Below, one piece after another: positions 21,873 to 35,446 of a stretch of 64,000 nt of DNA (the first letter of the stretch is position 1; every line of letters begins with the position of its first letter). Location of the stretch: assembly GCA_010015585.1 (NCBI GenBank), contig ML975155.1; one strand, 5' to 3'. Below the pieces are notes generated by a model. It saw only the letters and a list, made by a program, of their open reading frames with translations, was not told the origin of the DNA and searched no databases. Both the position numbers and the translations under genes were made by a program. Origin of the DNA: Eremomyces bilateralis CBS 781.70. Its lineage: Eukaryota.

Positions 21873-23779
21873 GGAGTCTGGACAACGGTCTGTCCAATAT
21901 GGATATATATATACTATTACACACGCACCATAGGCTCCCGGTCCCTCTACTTCCGCTCTGTCACATTTGCTTCCAACCGGATCGTCACCAAGGCCATATC
22001 AGTTGGACTGTCGCACTGTTTCAACACCCATTGCGTACCAAGGCAACTCCATCAACATCGTTCGGATCACCATCCTTCTTCACCAAAGGACTTGGACTTT
22101 TCTATCGTCACGCTCCTCGGCCAAGCACACCTTTGACTCAGGATGTTTTTTCCTTTGCGGTTACACCTGTACGCTTCTGCAGCACCATCGTCATTCATGT
22201 CTAATTTTAAGACATGTATTTTGTTTCTGAATTGTTTGATATCCATCTAGATACTATTAACATTTCACTTTTGTATCTTATCTAGCCTTCACTTTCTTTA
22301 ATAATGGCAATGTTCTCTAAAGCATAGTGAAAATGGCCGTCGAGGCGTAGGAGATTGTGTGCAGGCCTTGTTTCTCTCTGCAAGCTGTGGTTGAGCGTAC
22401 GGTACGGTAGTTAATAATAATGTCAAATCAGTCATGGTCTATTCGCCTGGCGGCTGCCACGTCCATCGATCTGTACGAAACATGGAAAGGGTAATTGGCA
22501 ACATTTCGAGGCAGAAACCGCCAGGACCGTCAAATTACAACGATAAAGATAGTTTTCGGTTATCCTACCTTAGAAGTTAGAAAACATAGGTAATTTGGGA
22601 GTATTTCATAGGTTATTTAACCAGGAGACTTAGCAAGAGACCTAAAGGGACCTAGTTCATAGACATGTCTCATCTCTCATCTATTAAATATCCAAACGCT
22701 GTGGCCAGTCTAGAAAATCCATAATCAAGTGTTGCTAGTTTGACTAGACCCACCGTTTGGTGAATCTCCCCAGATCCTGCGGTATCTGGCTTGACCCGAC
22801 TAGCACAGACCCAGGGATTCGCTTCAATTAGTCTGGTGGTCAAGGCATGGTATGGGGTCTTGCTGGCCGCGTTTTCGTTGGTATTACCTTGCGCCGGTCG
22901 TGTCGTTCTGAAGGGCAGCTCTACCGGTGATATATGACTTGCCGTCTTCCCTGCTGAAGACTACGGGTTTTGACGAAAGGAAGCCTTGAGTCTAGTGTTG
23001 ACCGCAAGGGGTCGTATTCCCGGGTTGCCCAGCACGACCCCTCAGTCGACGTTGGTGCCCTTGGTGTTGAACAGAACATCGCGTAATGGATCCAAAGATT
23101 AATTCCTACAGCACTAGCGATGCGCGCGGGCGCCAGAAGCGCTGGTTGTTTCGTCCGAGCAGCGCTGTAGCCCTGTAGTCAGGTGACGTAAACAAATTAG
23201 AGGTCCATGTGTCAACTCGAGCACAACGGTCCATTTCCGGGTCAACGCGGCCTTTGGTTCCGTGGAATTATGGTCAAATGTGTAACCTCATTTCACTACG
23301 ACTTGATTTCGGACGAAATGATGCAAGTGCAAGCATCTGGTGGTCGCTCCTACCTTCTGGCACTTGCTGGATTGCAATCGCTGGTCGAAATCCTGTGCGG
23401 GAGGTCCATTTCATTTTGCTAGTAGGAAATATCGAGTCCAAAATAGGAGTTATATTTTTAAAAGGTTGTTTTGCAGGCATCCGGACAGTTGGCGACGTTG
23501 TAAGGCGACACATATATGAGCCTACCAGGACTCTAGAGCTGTTTGCAAAGGATGGGCTTACTCCGTATTCAGTTCAGGGAGGAAATGCTGAGAGCATGTG
23601 TGGTACTGCTTGGTCGGGAATACAATGTTCGACAATAGTAGGGGAAGTAAGTATTCAAGGTAGCCATTGAAAGTGGAAAACATTTGGGTATATGTATGTA
23701 CATGTATCGTAGCCAACTCACGCCGAACCAAATCCGAATGCAACATCTAGAAAAATAAAATCACAAACTCAATCGCAAC

Positions 23780-25683
23780 TCAATCGCACTGCTGCTCCAT
23801 GTGCGTCGGTAAATTGTAACCCGCGTAATCCAAATGCACAAACGCCCTATCCACTGTCGGCACGCTTTCCAACACATACTGCAAGCTCTCCCCTACATCA
23901 TGACTATCTCTCAGACTCGTATGCTCATCCAACACGATATCCACCTCGACGATCAACTTGTCGCCGGAGTGATACGCGCTCAGCCCCTGGATCTGCTTGA
24001 CGCTCTTCGCGAACCGCATCGTGAGATACAGGAGCACGTTGCGCTCGTCGGCGGTGGCGGCGGACCCGGCGAGGCGGCGGATGTGCCCGAGGGCGGAGTG
24101 GCTCCAGTTGATGATTACGTAGAGGGAGAGAAGGACGCCGCCGAGAGGGTCGAGCCACCAGATTTTGGCGAAGAAGCCGACTGGCGGGTAGGTTAGGGAG
24201 ACGTGAGATTTTGGGAAGGGAAGGGGGAACTTACTCAGGGGGAAGACGATGCTAAAGGTGTTGAAGACGACGTCCGTGAGGGCGTCTTGAGCTAGAGCTC
24301 GAACGGCGGTGTTCGCTAGAGGATATCAGTCAATATGCTAGAAAGCGGTGTGTGGGAAAGCGTTGGTACTTACGGATGACACGACACCATATGAAGGCGA
24401 GGCCTTTGATGACAACCGTCGAAGCCATGATGAGCACAGCAGGGAGTGACAGCTGAACGATCGTGTGGTCACTCGAGGTCAACCGCGCCATCCCCTCCAA
24501 TGCGACCTGGAAGAACGACACAATCATAATGACCGAGAACACCAACACCCCAATCGCCTCCAGCCTCCGCCGACCGACCGGATAGGCATATGGATCCTTC
24601 CGCTGGATCAACCAGGTCGTCAACGCGATGATCGCAGTGCAGAGGAAGTCGAGGATCGCGTCGACCAAGCTCGCCAACACCGATAGCGACGAAGTCAGCA
24701 CCGTTACCACGATCTTCAGCACCAGCAAGACAAAGTTTGCGACGATGTTGAGCCAGAGCGCCCATTTGACGATTGGGGCGTTGCTATCCGCTTCTTCTCC
24801 GGGCTCGTAGGCGGGGACTTTGTAGGTCTCGAAAGGTGCGTCGGAGTCATTGCTGCTCGAGAGGAGCGGTGTCGTCTCCTCAGGAAGTTTGTAGATATTT
24901 TTCGGCGTGCGTTTCACCCGGATTGTTGCGCCGTTGGAGTTTTCTGCATCGGCCGCGCCGTTCGGTGGGTGGAGAAAAGAGTCGTCCCGGCTGAGAGGAG
25001 GGGAGCTGGAACCGGCGGAGCCGGAGTCTTCGTTGATGGTAGAGGGGATGGTGAGGGACTGTTGGTATTCTTGGATGAGGTTGTGTGGGAGGGAGGAGTC
25101 GAGGAGGCGGTCGATGAAGATATATTGCTGGATGAGTTGATTGTTTTGTTCGTAGTATTTCCGTCTGGATGGCACATTTTTTTAGTAAAATGTCCGATGC
25201 CTCTGATCATGATGCCTTACATTGGTCTTTTCATCCCTTTCAATTGCTCTTCTGTTTTGTAATATTGTTCCCTTAAGGTAACCCAAGTCAGTCCCGACGC
25301 TGCTCTTCAAGCGAACCACTAGCAGACCAAACTCACCACCGATATCTCGGATTGCTGTTCCCAATCAACCTCTGGCTCCTCATCTGCGGCGTCATCAAAC
25401 TCGCCGGCATCTGCGCTAGCAAACTATTCCTCCGACTCTCCGACTCCCATCCGCCATGCTCATGCCCCAACGTCGACCTGGGTCGCCCATCTTCCGCATC
25501 CTCCAGCGCCCCCGCGAGCTGATACACCGACGTCCGGCGCAGCAGCGCGAGGTTCGAGGAGCTTCGGTTCTGGATCAGGCCCGGAAGCGACTGCCCGCGC
25601 GTAGATAGGGGGTTCACGTCTTCGGAGAGGGGGAGGTAGCCGCGCAAGGAGGGGTGGCGGGGGGAGTTGTCGTGGTCTGACAT
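23780..25683 (-). CDS. Cation diffusion facilitator (CDF, Mn-CDF/MTP-like) transporter, multi-exon
   Basis: SLSVLASLVDAILDF, YPVGRRRLE, LAQDALTDV and C-terminal AYHSGD.L.VEVDIV...HDVGESLQ..LE....VDRAFVHLDY motifs. Confidence 0.92.
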
Positions 25684-26789
25684 GATGGGGACGGGTTTCG
25701 ACGGCGAGGGATCGGGGGGCTGAGGAGCGGGATGCGACGCGTTCGGAGGCGATGGATCTTGGGATATTATGATTCCTGTTTTCAATGCTCGGGGTAAAGA
25801 GGAAGGTAAGGGAGGTTGTCGCAGCAGGTGGCTGCGCGACGCGGGATTGGGATTGCTCCCAGAACTTAAAAACGAGACGCAATCAGGCGGGTGGCGGAAC
25901 TATCAAGCAAACATGCTATGATGTCTTTTCTCCCGATTTGAAGAATGATTGACTATGCCGCATGCTTCCATGCGCCTTGCCAGGGACCCTTGGAATGATC
26001 GACGTGGGCGTTCTCGGAAGGTTTCCGAAGGAGCACGAGTGCATGACAGAGCGGAAGCTACATTTGTGTTATTGTGTATCGCGGGGATGAGGAGATTCGG
26101 TACGCTAAATGGATTACTGGGAGCTAAGCAGAACGGAACCAAATAACTTAGACAATCAACTAGTAACAGTTGAGGAACATGAATGGGAAGGACCGCGGAA
26201 CCTCAATATGAACCTTGAGGACTGATATTAGATATGCCCAAACACCTGTCTTCGTATATCAAACCATGGGACATTCATCGTCCGTTATTATTATCTGCTC
26301 TTTTTTTATTGTTGGGGAACGCAGATATAAATTACACGATGCTTACCAGTAATGGACACCGCAAAGACGCCCGCCGGGACAGCGACGACAACAATATGGT
26401 CACCGATTCTTAGACCATTCGCCAGATGCTGTGGAGTCGATGGAATGATAGAACGATGCAGTGATTTCATAACTAGGGAATAAAAATGCAAATGATCGTC
26501 GACGACTTGCCCTGGGGTGTGCGAGAGAACCCCTTGAATATGTAATGACGCTTGATTCATCTTACACTGGTATGGAATTACAGCCGAAAGCGTAAAACCA
26601 TCCCTATCAACCATCCCTCCATCGCCGAAATCGACTTCATGAATCCATCCAGTCATGAAAGCGCCGACCCCGATTAGCACCGACCGCTCAAATAAACGTA
26701 TGGTCACTCGCTAATGGAACTTCTAACCATACTCCATCTCCGCAAGTCCCAAGAAAAATAACCAAACACCACAACGTAGCGACCAAACC

Positions 26790-29743
26790 TCACGTCCCCC
26801 GGAAGAGGAACTGCAGATCCTCCGGCGTCAGCTTCTCCATCGCGACCTTGTCGTTGTTGATCGTCCCGCTGATCATGCGCGCCTTCTTCTCCTGCAACAT
26901 CACCATGCGCGACTCCACCGAGTCCTCAATGCACAGCCGCGTGATGACGCACGGCCGGCGCTGGCCGATGCGGTGGCAGCGGTCGGCGCTCTGCCATTCG
27001 GCGGCGGGGTTCCACCAGCTGCGGGGGTTAGTGAGAGGACGGATACGGGAGATGGAGGGACTTACGGGTCGACGATGAAGACGCGGGAGGCTTCGGTGAG
27101 GTTGAGGGCGACGCCGCCGGCTTTGAGTGAGACGAGGAAGACCTCGACGTCGGGATTTTTCATGAAGTAGTCGATGGAGCGTTGGCGTTGGACGGGGCTC
27201 ATGCTGCCGTCGAGAATGACGGTGTTGAAGCCCGCCCGGCGGAGGCGCCACTCGACGAGCTGCAGCATGGAGGTGAACTGGGAGAAGACGATGGACTTGA
27301 GGGTCTGCTTCTTGCTGCGCAGCTTGTACAGCTCATAGATGAGCATCTCGATCTTGGTGGAGGAGGTCCAGTCGTCCATCTTAATGCGGTTGATGATGGA
27401 GTTCTTCTTGACGAGCTCCTCATCCTGCACTATCTCCGGCTGCTCCCAGTCGATGCTGAGCCCGATATGGCAGCGGGGACATTCCACCACCGTTTCCCCG
27501 GCGCCTTCGCTAGACTGGACATAGGTTTTGAGGCAGGTGCGGCAAAACTCGTGCTTACACGCCGATCGGACGGGGTCTTCGGCGGGTTCGTCGCAGATGT
27601 TGCACACGAGGACGTTTTGGCCGATCTCAGCATGTTTCTTGAGGAGGAGATCGGGATGGTTGGCGACCTGCCTCATCTGCATGATGAGACCGAAGATGTT
27701 GGCGTAGTTGTTGAGCATGACACCCCGCGACACATATCGATCGAATGTACGAGTGCTGTTCGTCATGATGCTCTTGGAGAAGTCACGCTCGATCTCGCCG
27801 AAGAACTCATTGTGGATGAGGACCTCTTTGGGAGGCAATTCCTGATATTGATCGTTAGCGGTTGATTGCCGGGTCGAAAATAGCGGAAGAATTACCATCG
27901 AAGCCGTGTAATCCTTCTTCATGCGCCTAAGCATCACTCGAGCCGTGATCATATGCAACTTCCCCAACGCCTCCTCCCTGTCCGTCGCGCTGTCACCGGT
28001 GATCGGGTTCAGCAACTCCTGATTGAAGACGGACACGTGCTCTGCTCCACTGTGCCCGCAGCTCGCACACATGTGATCCTCGGTCAACTGCCAATGCAGC
28101 TGCGCGCAGCTGCACTTCTCGCAGAAATAGTCGGCGAACGGACGGACCTCGAGGAAGCGAAGCAGAGAGAAGAATTCTCCGATCCGGTTCTGCACCGGCG
28201 TTCCCGACAGGCACCACTTGTAGGTTCCTTGGAGAGCGAAGCATGACTTGGCGACGCCGGTGGTCCGTTGCTTGATGCTGTGGGCCTCGTCGAGAATGAT
28301 GCGATGGAATTTGATGCAGTGCATGGGTGAATCTTCTTTAATAATCTCGTCCCCACGGGTCCATCCCTTGGTCTCCTTACGGTATAGAGACTCGAGACTA
28401 TTGTAGGAGATCATGATCACATCGAACTTCTTGATTTGACTCTTCGTGAGGTTCTTGGATTTGGCGTTGGAGCCATGATACACAAGAACGTTCAGTTGGC
28501 CGTTCGTATATTCACGGATCTCGTTAGCCCACTGCATCAACGCAACAGGCGGGACAACAACCAAGGTAGGATCTTGGGCAGGGTGGTCGGACATGATGAG
28601 AGAAACCGCTTGGATAGTTTTCCCCATGCCCATCTCATCACCAAGAAGTCCGCCCTTGTAATGGGTCTTCTCTTGTTTGACCATCCAGTCAAGACCTTCC
28701 AATTGGAATGGTTTCAGGGTGCGAGTAATGGAAGCCGGCTGCTGGGCTTTAACGGGCGTGATAATCGGGACGTTCTCAAGTTCCTTCCACATGGTCTTAA
28801 TCTCCGGATGAGATCCTTCAAGTTTCATTCGCCGCCTCTGCTTCCGGTCGAATGCTCGTTGCTCCATGCGATTCATTCTCGCCTCTCTAACTTGCTCACG
28901 ATATCTTCGCCAACCCCGTTGCGTGTTTAGGTTTAGTAGCGCATCAGCATCTATTGGGATATTAGGGTCTAATGCATCATCATCGTCAGAATCGACAAAA
29001 GAGGAGTCATTAAACTCAAAAACGGACGAAAGATCAGATGAAAGTGCAGCGTCGTCTTCAACGGCACCTGGGGCCGATTGCTGGTTCTTTGTGTTCCTAG
29101 TACCTTCACGAGCCTTCGTCGCCGGCTTTGGGATGGAAGAAAGGAACTTCCTTCGCTTGCCTTGTACGGCGAGAGGCTCAAAGTCCGACTCTTCGCTTTC
29201 AGATTCGGATGTGTGTGCATCCTCCACAAGACGACTGGCAAGACCCTGCTCATAGCGGCTTGGTCCAGCCTCGTTTCCAACTTGATTGTACTCATCTTCT
29301 TGCAATTGTTGTGCCAATTCCGCATCAGCTGACACGTCCGCTTGCGCCCCCTCACCAGAGATGGAGCTGTGGGAAGTTCTCTTCCGTTTGTTACTTTGGA
29401 TCGTGGTCGTCATGCCCGTCTTTGCGCTACCGCTGGAGGATTCGGCAGGTGTAGTAATCAGGCTCGTATCCGGGGTATCGAAATCGACCGATGTATCCCT
29501 CGTTCCACTTCCAGACGCAGTGCTTGCGGAGTCTTGGACGGATGCCACGGCAGGTGACTTCTTTGTGGACCGGTTGGGGCGGTGGACCGGGATAGCGACT
29601 TCTTGGAGCACGCGGCGTGAATAAGGGTTGGGAGGTTCGGGTTGAACCGCACCGGGAGTCGGAATCCCTGAGGGATTGAGGGGGTTCATCGACATAGATT
29701 GTGTGCTTCGGGGGAACCGAGCACGAGATGATGAGGGGGCCAT
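26790..29743 (-). CDS. RAD16: Nucleotide excision repair SNF2 ATPase with RING finger, Rad16
   Basis: [27 protein letters not shown], a C3HC4 [24 protein letters not shown] and [19 protein letters not shown]. Confidence 0.95.
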
Positions 29744-30091
29744 ATGGTCGCTAATGCATTGGATTTCATGTTAGCGACGAAAGCAATGGATGAAGAGGAC
29801 GTAAAATACACTGGTTGGAGATAAACTCACTGGGATTGACACTCATCAAAGGGCGAATCAGTGGTAGTGAGTCACTAAGGGTATTCACCACTGCGGGTTG
29901 CATGAACGAAAGGACGAAACCACGACAAATCTGCTAAATCCACGTCTCGCAAATGAGTTCAGCTCAGGATAAACAAGGAGGGGGAACGAGAGTGTGAAAG
30001 AAGGACTCGAAGGGGATGTATCGATGAAGAAGAGGAAGAAGAGGACTCTGCTTGCGAAGGGAGGTCTGCGGTGCAACACGAAATAGGGACC

Positions 30092-30175
30092 GATTGGCGA
30101 TGGCTGCCTTACGCTGCGACGAATGATTGGCCGCACGTCGCGGGGCAAAAGTTCGGCGCGACGCGTGATCACGTG
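30092..30175 (-). promoter_or_regulatory. Putative RAD16 promoter elements: CCAAT boxes, MCB (ACGCGT) and E-box (CACGTG)
   Basis: ATTGG at about 30093 and 30126, ACGCGT at 30161-30166, CACGTG at 30170-30175. They cluster upstream of a pyrimidine-rich region before RAD16. Confidence 0.4.
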
Positions 30176-30631
30176 ACCGGAGCAATCCACTTTACCTTTG
30201 GTTTCTCCTGATGTGTCAGCGGAGTGAACATTTGGAGACTTAGAGATGCCATGATTGTTCAAGCCCCATGCAGATCTTGGTGCCGTGTTGCTTGAGAATT
30301 GCATGATGGGATATCATCATATCAATTGATAGTCCACAGGAGAGCTTGAGTAAGATCTTTGAAAGCAGGCGATTCGTGCAATGAGAATTAAGTCACTAGG
30401 CAATACGGTACTTCGGAATTGGGGATTATATTCAAGGTCACATCATAGACTTGTCTATCCCTGAACTTGAACATGTCTTGACTGGTTGATAATGAATCTT
30501 AATGGGTCTATCTCGACATCCAATCCTCTAGATAATCCAATGATCTACACTTCCTCCGAGATATGACAATCGCTGACCCAAACTCCCACCCACATGCAAT
30601 CACAGGTTTTGTACAGAGTATCTTACACACA

Positions 30632-31793
30632 CTAGGTGTACCGCTTCAGGGTACCTTCATAAGGCATCCCGATCGCTGAGAGGAGATTCCGGGCTTGCTT
30701 GTCCGTAGTCGCTGATGTGTGAATCGTAATATGACAACCCGGGATCATCTTGGCCGGATACCTATACACCGTTAGACTCAGCGCTCAGTACATCGGAAGC
30801 GTTCACTCACATGTCGTAATTCACTTCGATTTCCGGATAGAAGGCCACCGCCTCGGGTTTGAGCCCGAAGCTCACATTCCCACTGTGATCTCCACTGACC
30901 ACCGAGATACCTTTCCAATCCTTAATCTTGGGCAGCACCATATGCACCGTCTTACTGATGAAGTCATACATATCCTCACCAGTAATGTCCGCCGTGACCG
31001 CGACATATTTCCCCGCCCTCAATCCCCACTGCGACACCGACCGCTTCGACTGATGCGACTCCACCCGCACACCCGTGATCGCCTGGATCGCCATCCCTGC
31101 CACATGCAGAAACGCACTATCGTCCGCCGCCGCCGGCACGAATGAATGCACTGTCACCCGCTCGACCTTTGGGATCGTACGGAACGTCGTCGGCCGCTTC
31201 ACGAGCTTCAACCGGCGGCCACCGCGCGGCATCCGCGGCGAACGGTTCGCGAAGTATGGCGAGTCGCCCTCCCATCGACGGAGGCGCTGGGTGTGGTCCG
31301 GGGACGCCTGGCCGGGGGGGAAGTGGACGTATTCCATGGCGAGGATGTCATGGGCAATGGTGCTGTGGTAGGTTTGTTCAAGGCGGGGGTAGGTGAAGGG
31401 ACCGGGGATGAATTCGCGGGAGGCGGGGTCGGATTTAGGGGGGGGTTGATGGGGGTGGAGGGGCCCGCGGTAGTGTTTAGGGGAGCGGTATTGATAGCTG
31501 GTGAGGTGTTAGTCGTCGAATGTCGAATATCGTAGATTTCAACCCGCTGCTTACCCCGAGCGTGGAAGCTGTCCTTTTCGCGCCGCGCTGCGCGCGATGG
31601 GATTGTACCCCTTGATCACATCAGCTGAGGCGGGCGGTGTGTTGAACGATGAATTTGATTCCAGATCCTTGAAGTGGGATCTTGTCGTCGCCCATCTTCG
31701 CTGTCCGTTGGTGTTCGGAGCGAGTGATGTCGGACGAACGGCGGGTTTCGAGAAGACGGACAGCCATTGGCGGCCGCTTTCACGGAGAGCCAT
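30632..31793 (-). CDS. MRPL7: Mitochondrial ribosomal protein uL5m (54S L7)
   Basis: Arg/Ser-rich presequence, LRRWEGDSPY..NR, QAITG, VLPKIKDWKG...SGD.SGNVSFGL, FYPEIEVNYD and IPGCHITIHTSATTD. Confidence 0.92.
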
Positions 31794-32752
31794 GGAGGAG
31801 GAAGATGAGGAGGAGGTGGGATGGTGGTGGGATCGGGTGTTGCGGATCTTGAACGGTGTGATGGAAACTTTTCAGCATCAACACACGATGTCTCGAGATC
31901 TCCAAGAACAGGGACGGACTTTGAAGCTTCGGTGAAAATACAGCCGCTGTTGTAAATTACAGCGCTATGACACTGGGCCGGCTAATGATTGGAGGTGAAG
32001 TGCAATTTACTGGATATGACAAGTTAGTGGTATTGAATATCGCAATACAGGGCAGCCTGGACTATAGTAAAATGGGGGTAAAATCGGGATATAACCGGGG
32101 CCTTAATGGGCATGGCCGCTGTGTTCCTGGCTCGAAATCCCAGCTGTTCACTGCTGTTGACATTGGCAATGGGCGGTTAGCGTGGGGGCCGGACCTGAGT
32201 CGAAGCCGCCCAAGTCAAAGGGCTCAAGGCAGAGTCAAACCAATTTAGCACCCTGGTCTCAGTTCATACAGATCTACTAATTACAGCGTTCCATCGCTGC
32301 CTGGTGGCAAGAACACAAACGTCTGAAGTCGGAACAGGAACAGCTCGATGCCTATCACAGGTGACAGGAGGAGTAGTTTCACGAGCATTTATGTTACCGC
32401 TTCATAAATCCATTCACGTTAACACCACTCTTATTCTTGCAGCGCGGACTTCACTTCACTCAATTCTCTTAGTCCCATGCTCCATTGATCCCTCCATTTG
32501 ACCCCTCCAGATCTAATCTCCCCACCAAAACGTTTCGATTCACCAGACCTCCGCTGTCACCTCAATTTGGTTCGAACACGTAACGAGCATCCTCCTCAAA
32601 TGACTGCTACCTGATGTGACAGGCAACCATATTTGGTTCGCTCGGTCAAAACATCCACGCAATCTCCCTTCCCTCAATTGCTCCGATCGACTTCACACTC
32701 TTCCCCGCAAGACATGGTTTCCTGAGGGTCGGACTCCGTGCTCGTTTGGATT

Positions 32753-35446
32753 ATGAGCGCTGTCAGTAGGTTTCTCAGTCGGCGGGACAAGAAGTCAAAG
32801 CGGACGAGCAACGATGGCAGGGTACGTCGATTCTACTTCCTGCGAGCCGATGATATGGTGTGTTTGGGGCATTGGTGCGTGGTTGCTAACTGCCTGTAGC
32901 AGCAAGGCTCTCCGAAGGAGATTTACGATGTGTTTACCCTCCCCGGCGAAGAGAAGAAGAAAAAGCACCATGAGAAACATGAGAAACACGAGAAGCATGA
33001 GAAACACGAGAAGCATGAGAAACATGAACAAGAGAAGGTGTGTCCTCTTGCGGATATGCGACATTATTCATATCTGACATGTATGGGAATAGGTCAAAAC
33101 CATACTTCAACGTCTGACCACCGATGGGATCGTGGCTATCCGAGAGCCCCAAGCAGAATACGCTCTCCGTGCAGAGTCGGTCAAAGGGGACGTGGACAAG
33201 GCTGTCGAGCTCCTCATGATCTTGGAAGACTCCGTCAATGGGGGATTCCGCAGCTTCAACTGGAACCGGAACCTGGTTGGCGCCGTGAACCGCGACAACG
33301 TCACCTGCTACCTGGATTCCCTTCTGTTCTCCATGTTCTGTCAACTTGACAGTTTCGAACCGATGATCAGCGACCACTCCCAAGCCCCAGAACGACGCCG
33401 GCTCGCCGCTCTGATTCGATTATGGGTGAACATGTTAAGGGGGGGATACCTAATCTCCAAGGACATTGTACGCCGCTCGATGCTTGGCCTGGGATGACGG
33501 AGCTAACCATTGAGCAGACCGAACATATACAAAATGCCCTTGCCGCCTGCGGTTGGACGGACGCGTCAAAAACCATGCAACAGGACGTCTCCGAAGCGTT
33601 TGCATTCATCACGGAGCAGATGGGACTGCCGCTCCTCACCCTGAAAGTGGACCTCTACCACACCGGCAAGGAAGACGCGAAGGATGACCACAAGGTCGTG
33701 AACGAACGGATTCTGGAGGTCGCTGTGCCCGATCCACCCCACGATGGGAGCACGCTGACCCTCGAGGGGTGTCTTGAATCCTATTTCAACAGCCGGGTCG
33801 AAGTGCGCAGGCATCTCCACCGCCGAAACACCCTCCAGTCCGTCCGATCGTTCGACGACGAGAAGGGGAGGTCTTCGTACGTCGAGACCCGGGAGGTGGC
33901 CCAGTCGGAGACACCTACACCGATAGCAGCACCGCATGGGGGCATGCACCTCCCTTCTCCTGGATCCCCTCACACCCTCCCGCAACACGATAGCATCTTT
34001 GGATTTCGACGTGAACCGACTATACCAATAGACAAGAAGGAGCGAGCACGAGACGATTGGACAGTCTCCTACGCTCACCCAGTCGTCCAGAGGTTCAAGC
34101 GAGAAGTGCTAATGCAAGCGTGGCAATTCTTTAAACTGATCCCTTGGTCTACTGCGGATACTGTTCCACAGACGGATGAGCAAGTCGCCGCTCACTTTGC
34201 GTCGAATCGTCCGGTTCTCGGGATCTGTCTCAAACGATACTCCGTGGCGGCCAACGGTGAGCGGACGCGGAAAACCACCCGTATAGATATTCCTTTAAAA
34301 CTAGCGATACCCCATTTTATTTCGGAAGCGGATTATGAGCGCGAAGAACCGTACTTCAAAGACTTCCGGCTGATGCTCGAAGCGGTGATCTGCCATCGCG
34401 GCAAATCCGTGGATTCAGGCCATTACATATGTTTAGTGCGACCCACCGTCGCGGGACGAAAACTCTCGTCCACCGAACCTGGCGTCGAGTCGAAATGGAT
34501 GCTTTTCGATGACCTCGAGGTGAATCAGCGGGTTCGATGGGTGGACATCCACCAAGCCTTGGAAAACGAACTTCCCTACCTCCTATTCTACCGTATCCTT
34601 CCTGTGGAAGACACCGATTACGATAGCCCTCCATCGTACGCCGAGGCCAACGGCCATCTTCCCATCCCCAAAATCCCACAGATCATCCACTCTCAACTCA
34701 CCACCCCGATGACCATGACCGACCCCAGCGTCGACACCTTCGCGACCAGCCTCGCCGAATCCACCACTGACCCCGACCCCAACCCCGCCACAACCGACTC
34801 TCTCCAATCTTCCGGCCGCCCCTCTACCTCCAGCAATCACCCGCACAGCCTCACCTTCGACGAACCCCCCCACCTCGATGGCACCCTCCTCGCCGCCCTC
34901 GACGCGCGCGGCCGCACTGCACCCACCACCCCCGCCGACGAAACCCGGTCCACCTTCCTCGGCATGCCGCGCCTCGGCCGGAAAATCCGCAGCGCCGCAA
35001 CCGACACTGATACCCCGCCACCCCGCCGCGCCAACCCCAGCACGCAGAGCGAGGAACATCGGCTGAGCCTGTCACTCTCGCGGTTGCAGAAGATGAGCGC
35101 CGAGCGGCTGTCACTGATCGGGCAGTGGTCGACGAGCGAGAGCGAGGCGCCGGATGCGGGTGCTTCGGTTGCGCGGTCGTCGGACGACGGGGGGGGGATG
35201 AATGATGGGGGAAAAGGGAAGGCGGTGGAGCGGACGCCGCGGGGGTCGTCGGCCGAGGGGAGCGTGGAGCCGCGGGAGAGGGAGAAGGAGAAGGAGAAGG
35301 AGACGGGGTTGCGGCGGTTGAAGTCGACGCGGAATAGGAAGAGTAAGTTGCGGTTAAGGAGCATGACGCGAAAGGCGCCGACGGATCCGGATGATGCGGG
35401 GGAGGGGTCCTCGAAGTCGTCGGAGCGGGAGTGCAGCATTATGTGA
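32753..35446 (+). CDS. Ubiquitin C-terminal hydrolase (USP/peptidase C19), multi-exon
   Basis: Cys box GAVNRDNVTCYLDSLLFSMF, QQDVSEAF, His box CHRGKSVDSGHY and W.LFDD. The protein ends in a CaaX-like CSIM. Confidence 0.9.
32968..33028 (+). repeat. Coding 9-bp repeat, (HEK) about 7 times
   Basis: catgagaaa / cacgagaag units lie in the USP second exon. Confidence 0.9.

Noticed and set aside
22945..22985. Hammerhead ribozyme core (CTGAAGA...GAAA)
   Set aside because: Stem II would close with C-C, there is no UH cleavage site in register, and stem I is absent.
23540..23600. RNase MRP/P-like motifs (ATGGGCTTACTC, GGAAATGCTGAG)
   Set aside because: The complementary P4 strands are missing or in the wrong order.
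9900..23700. Starship giant transposon
   Set aside because: No DUF3435 tyrosine recombinase and no identifiable terminal or direct repeats.
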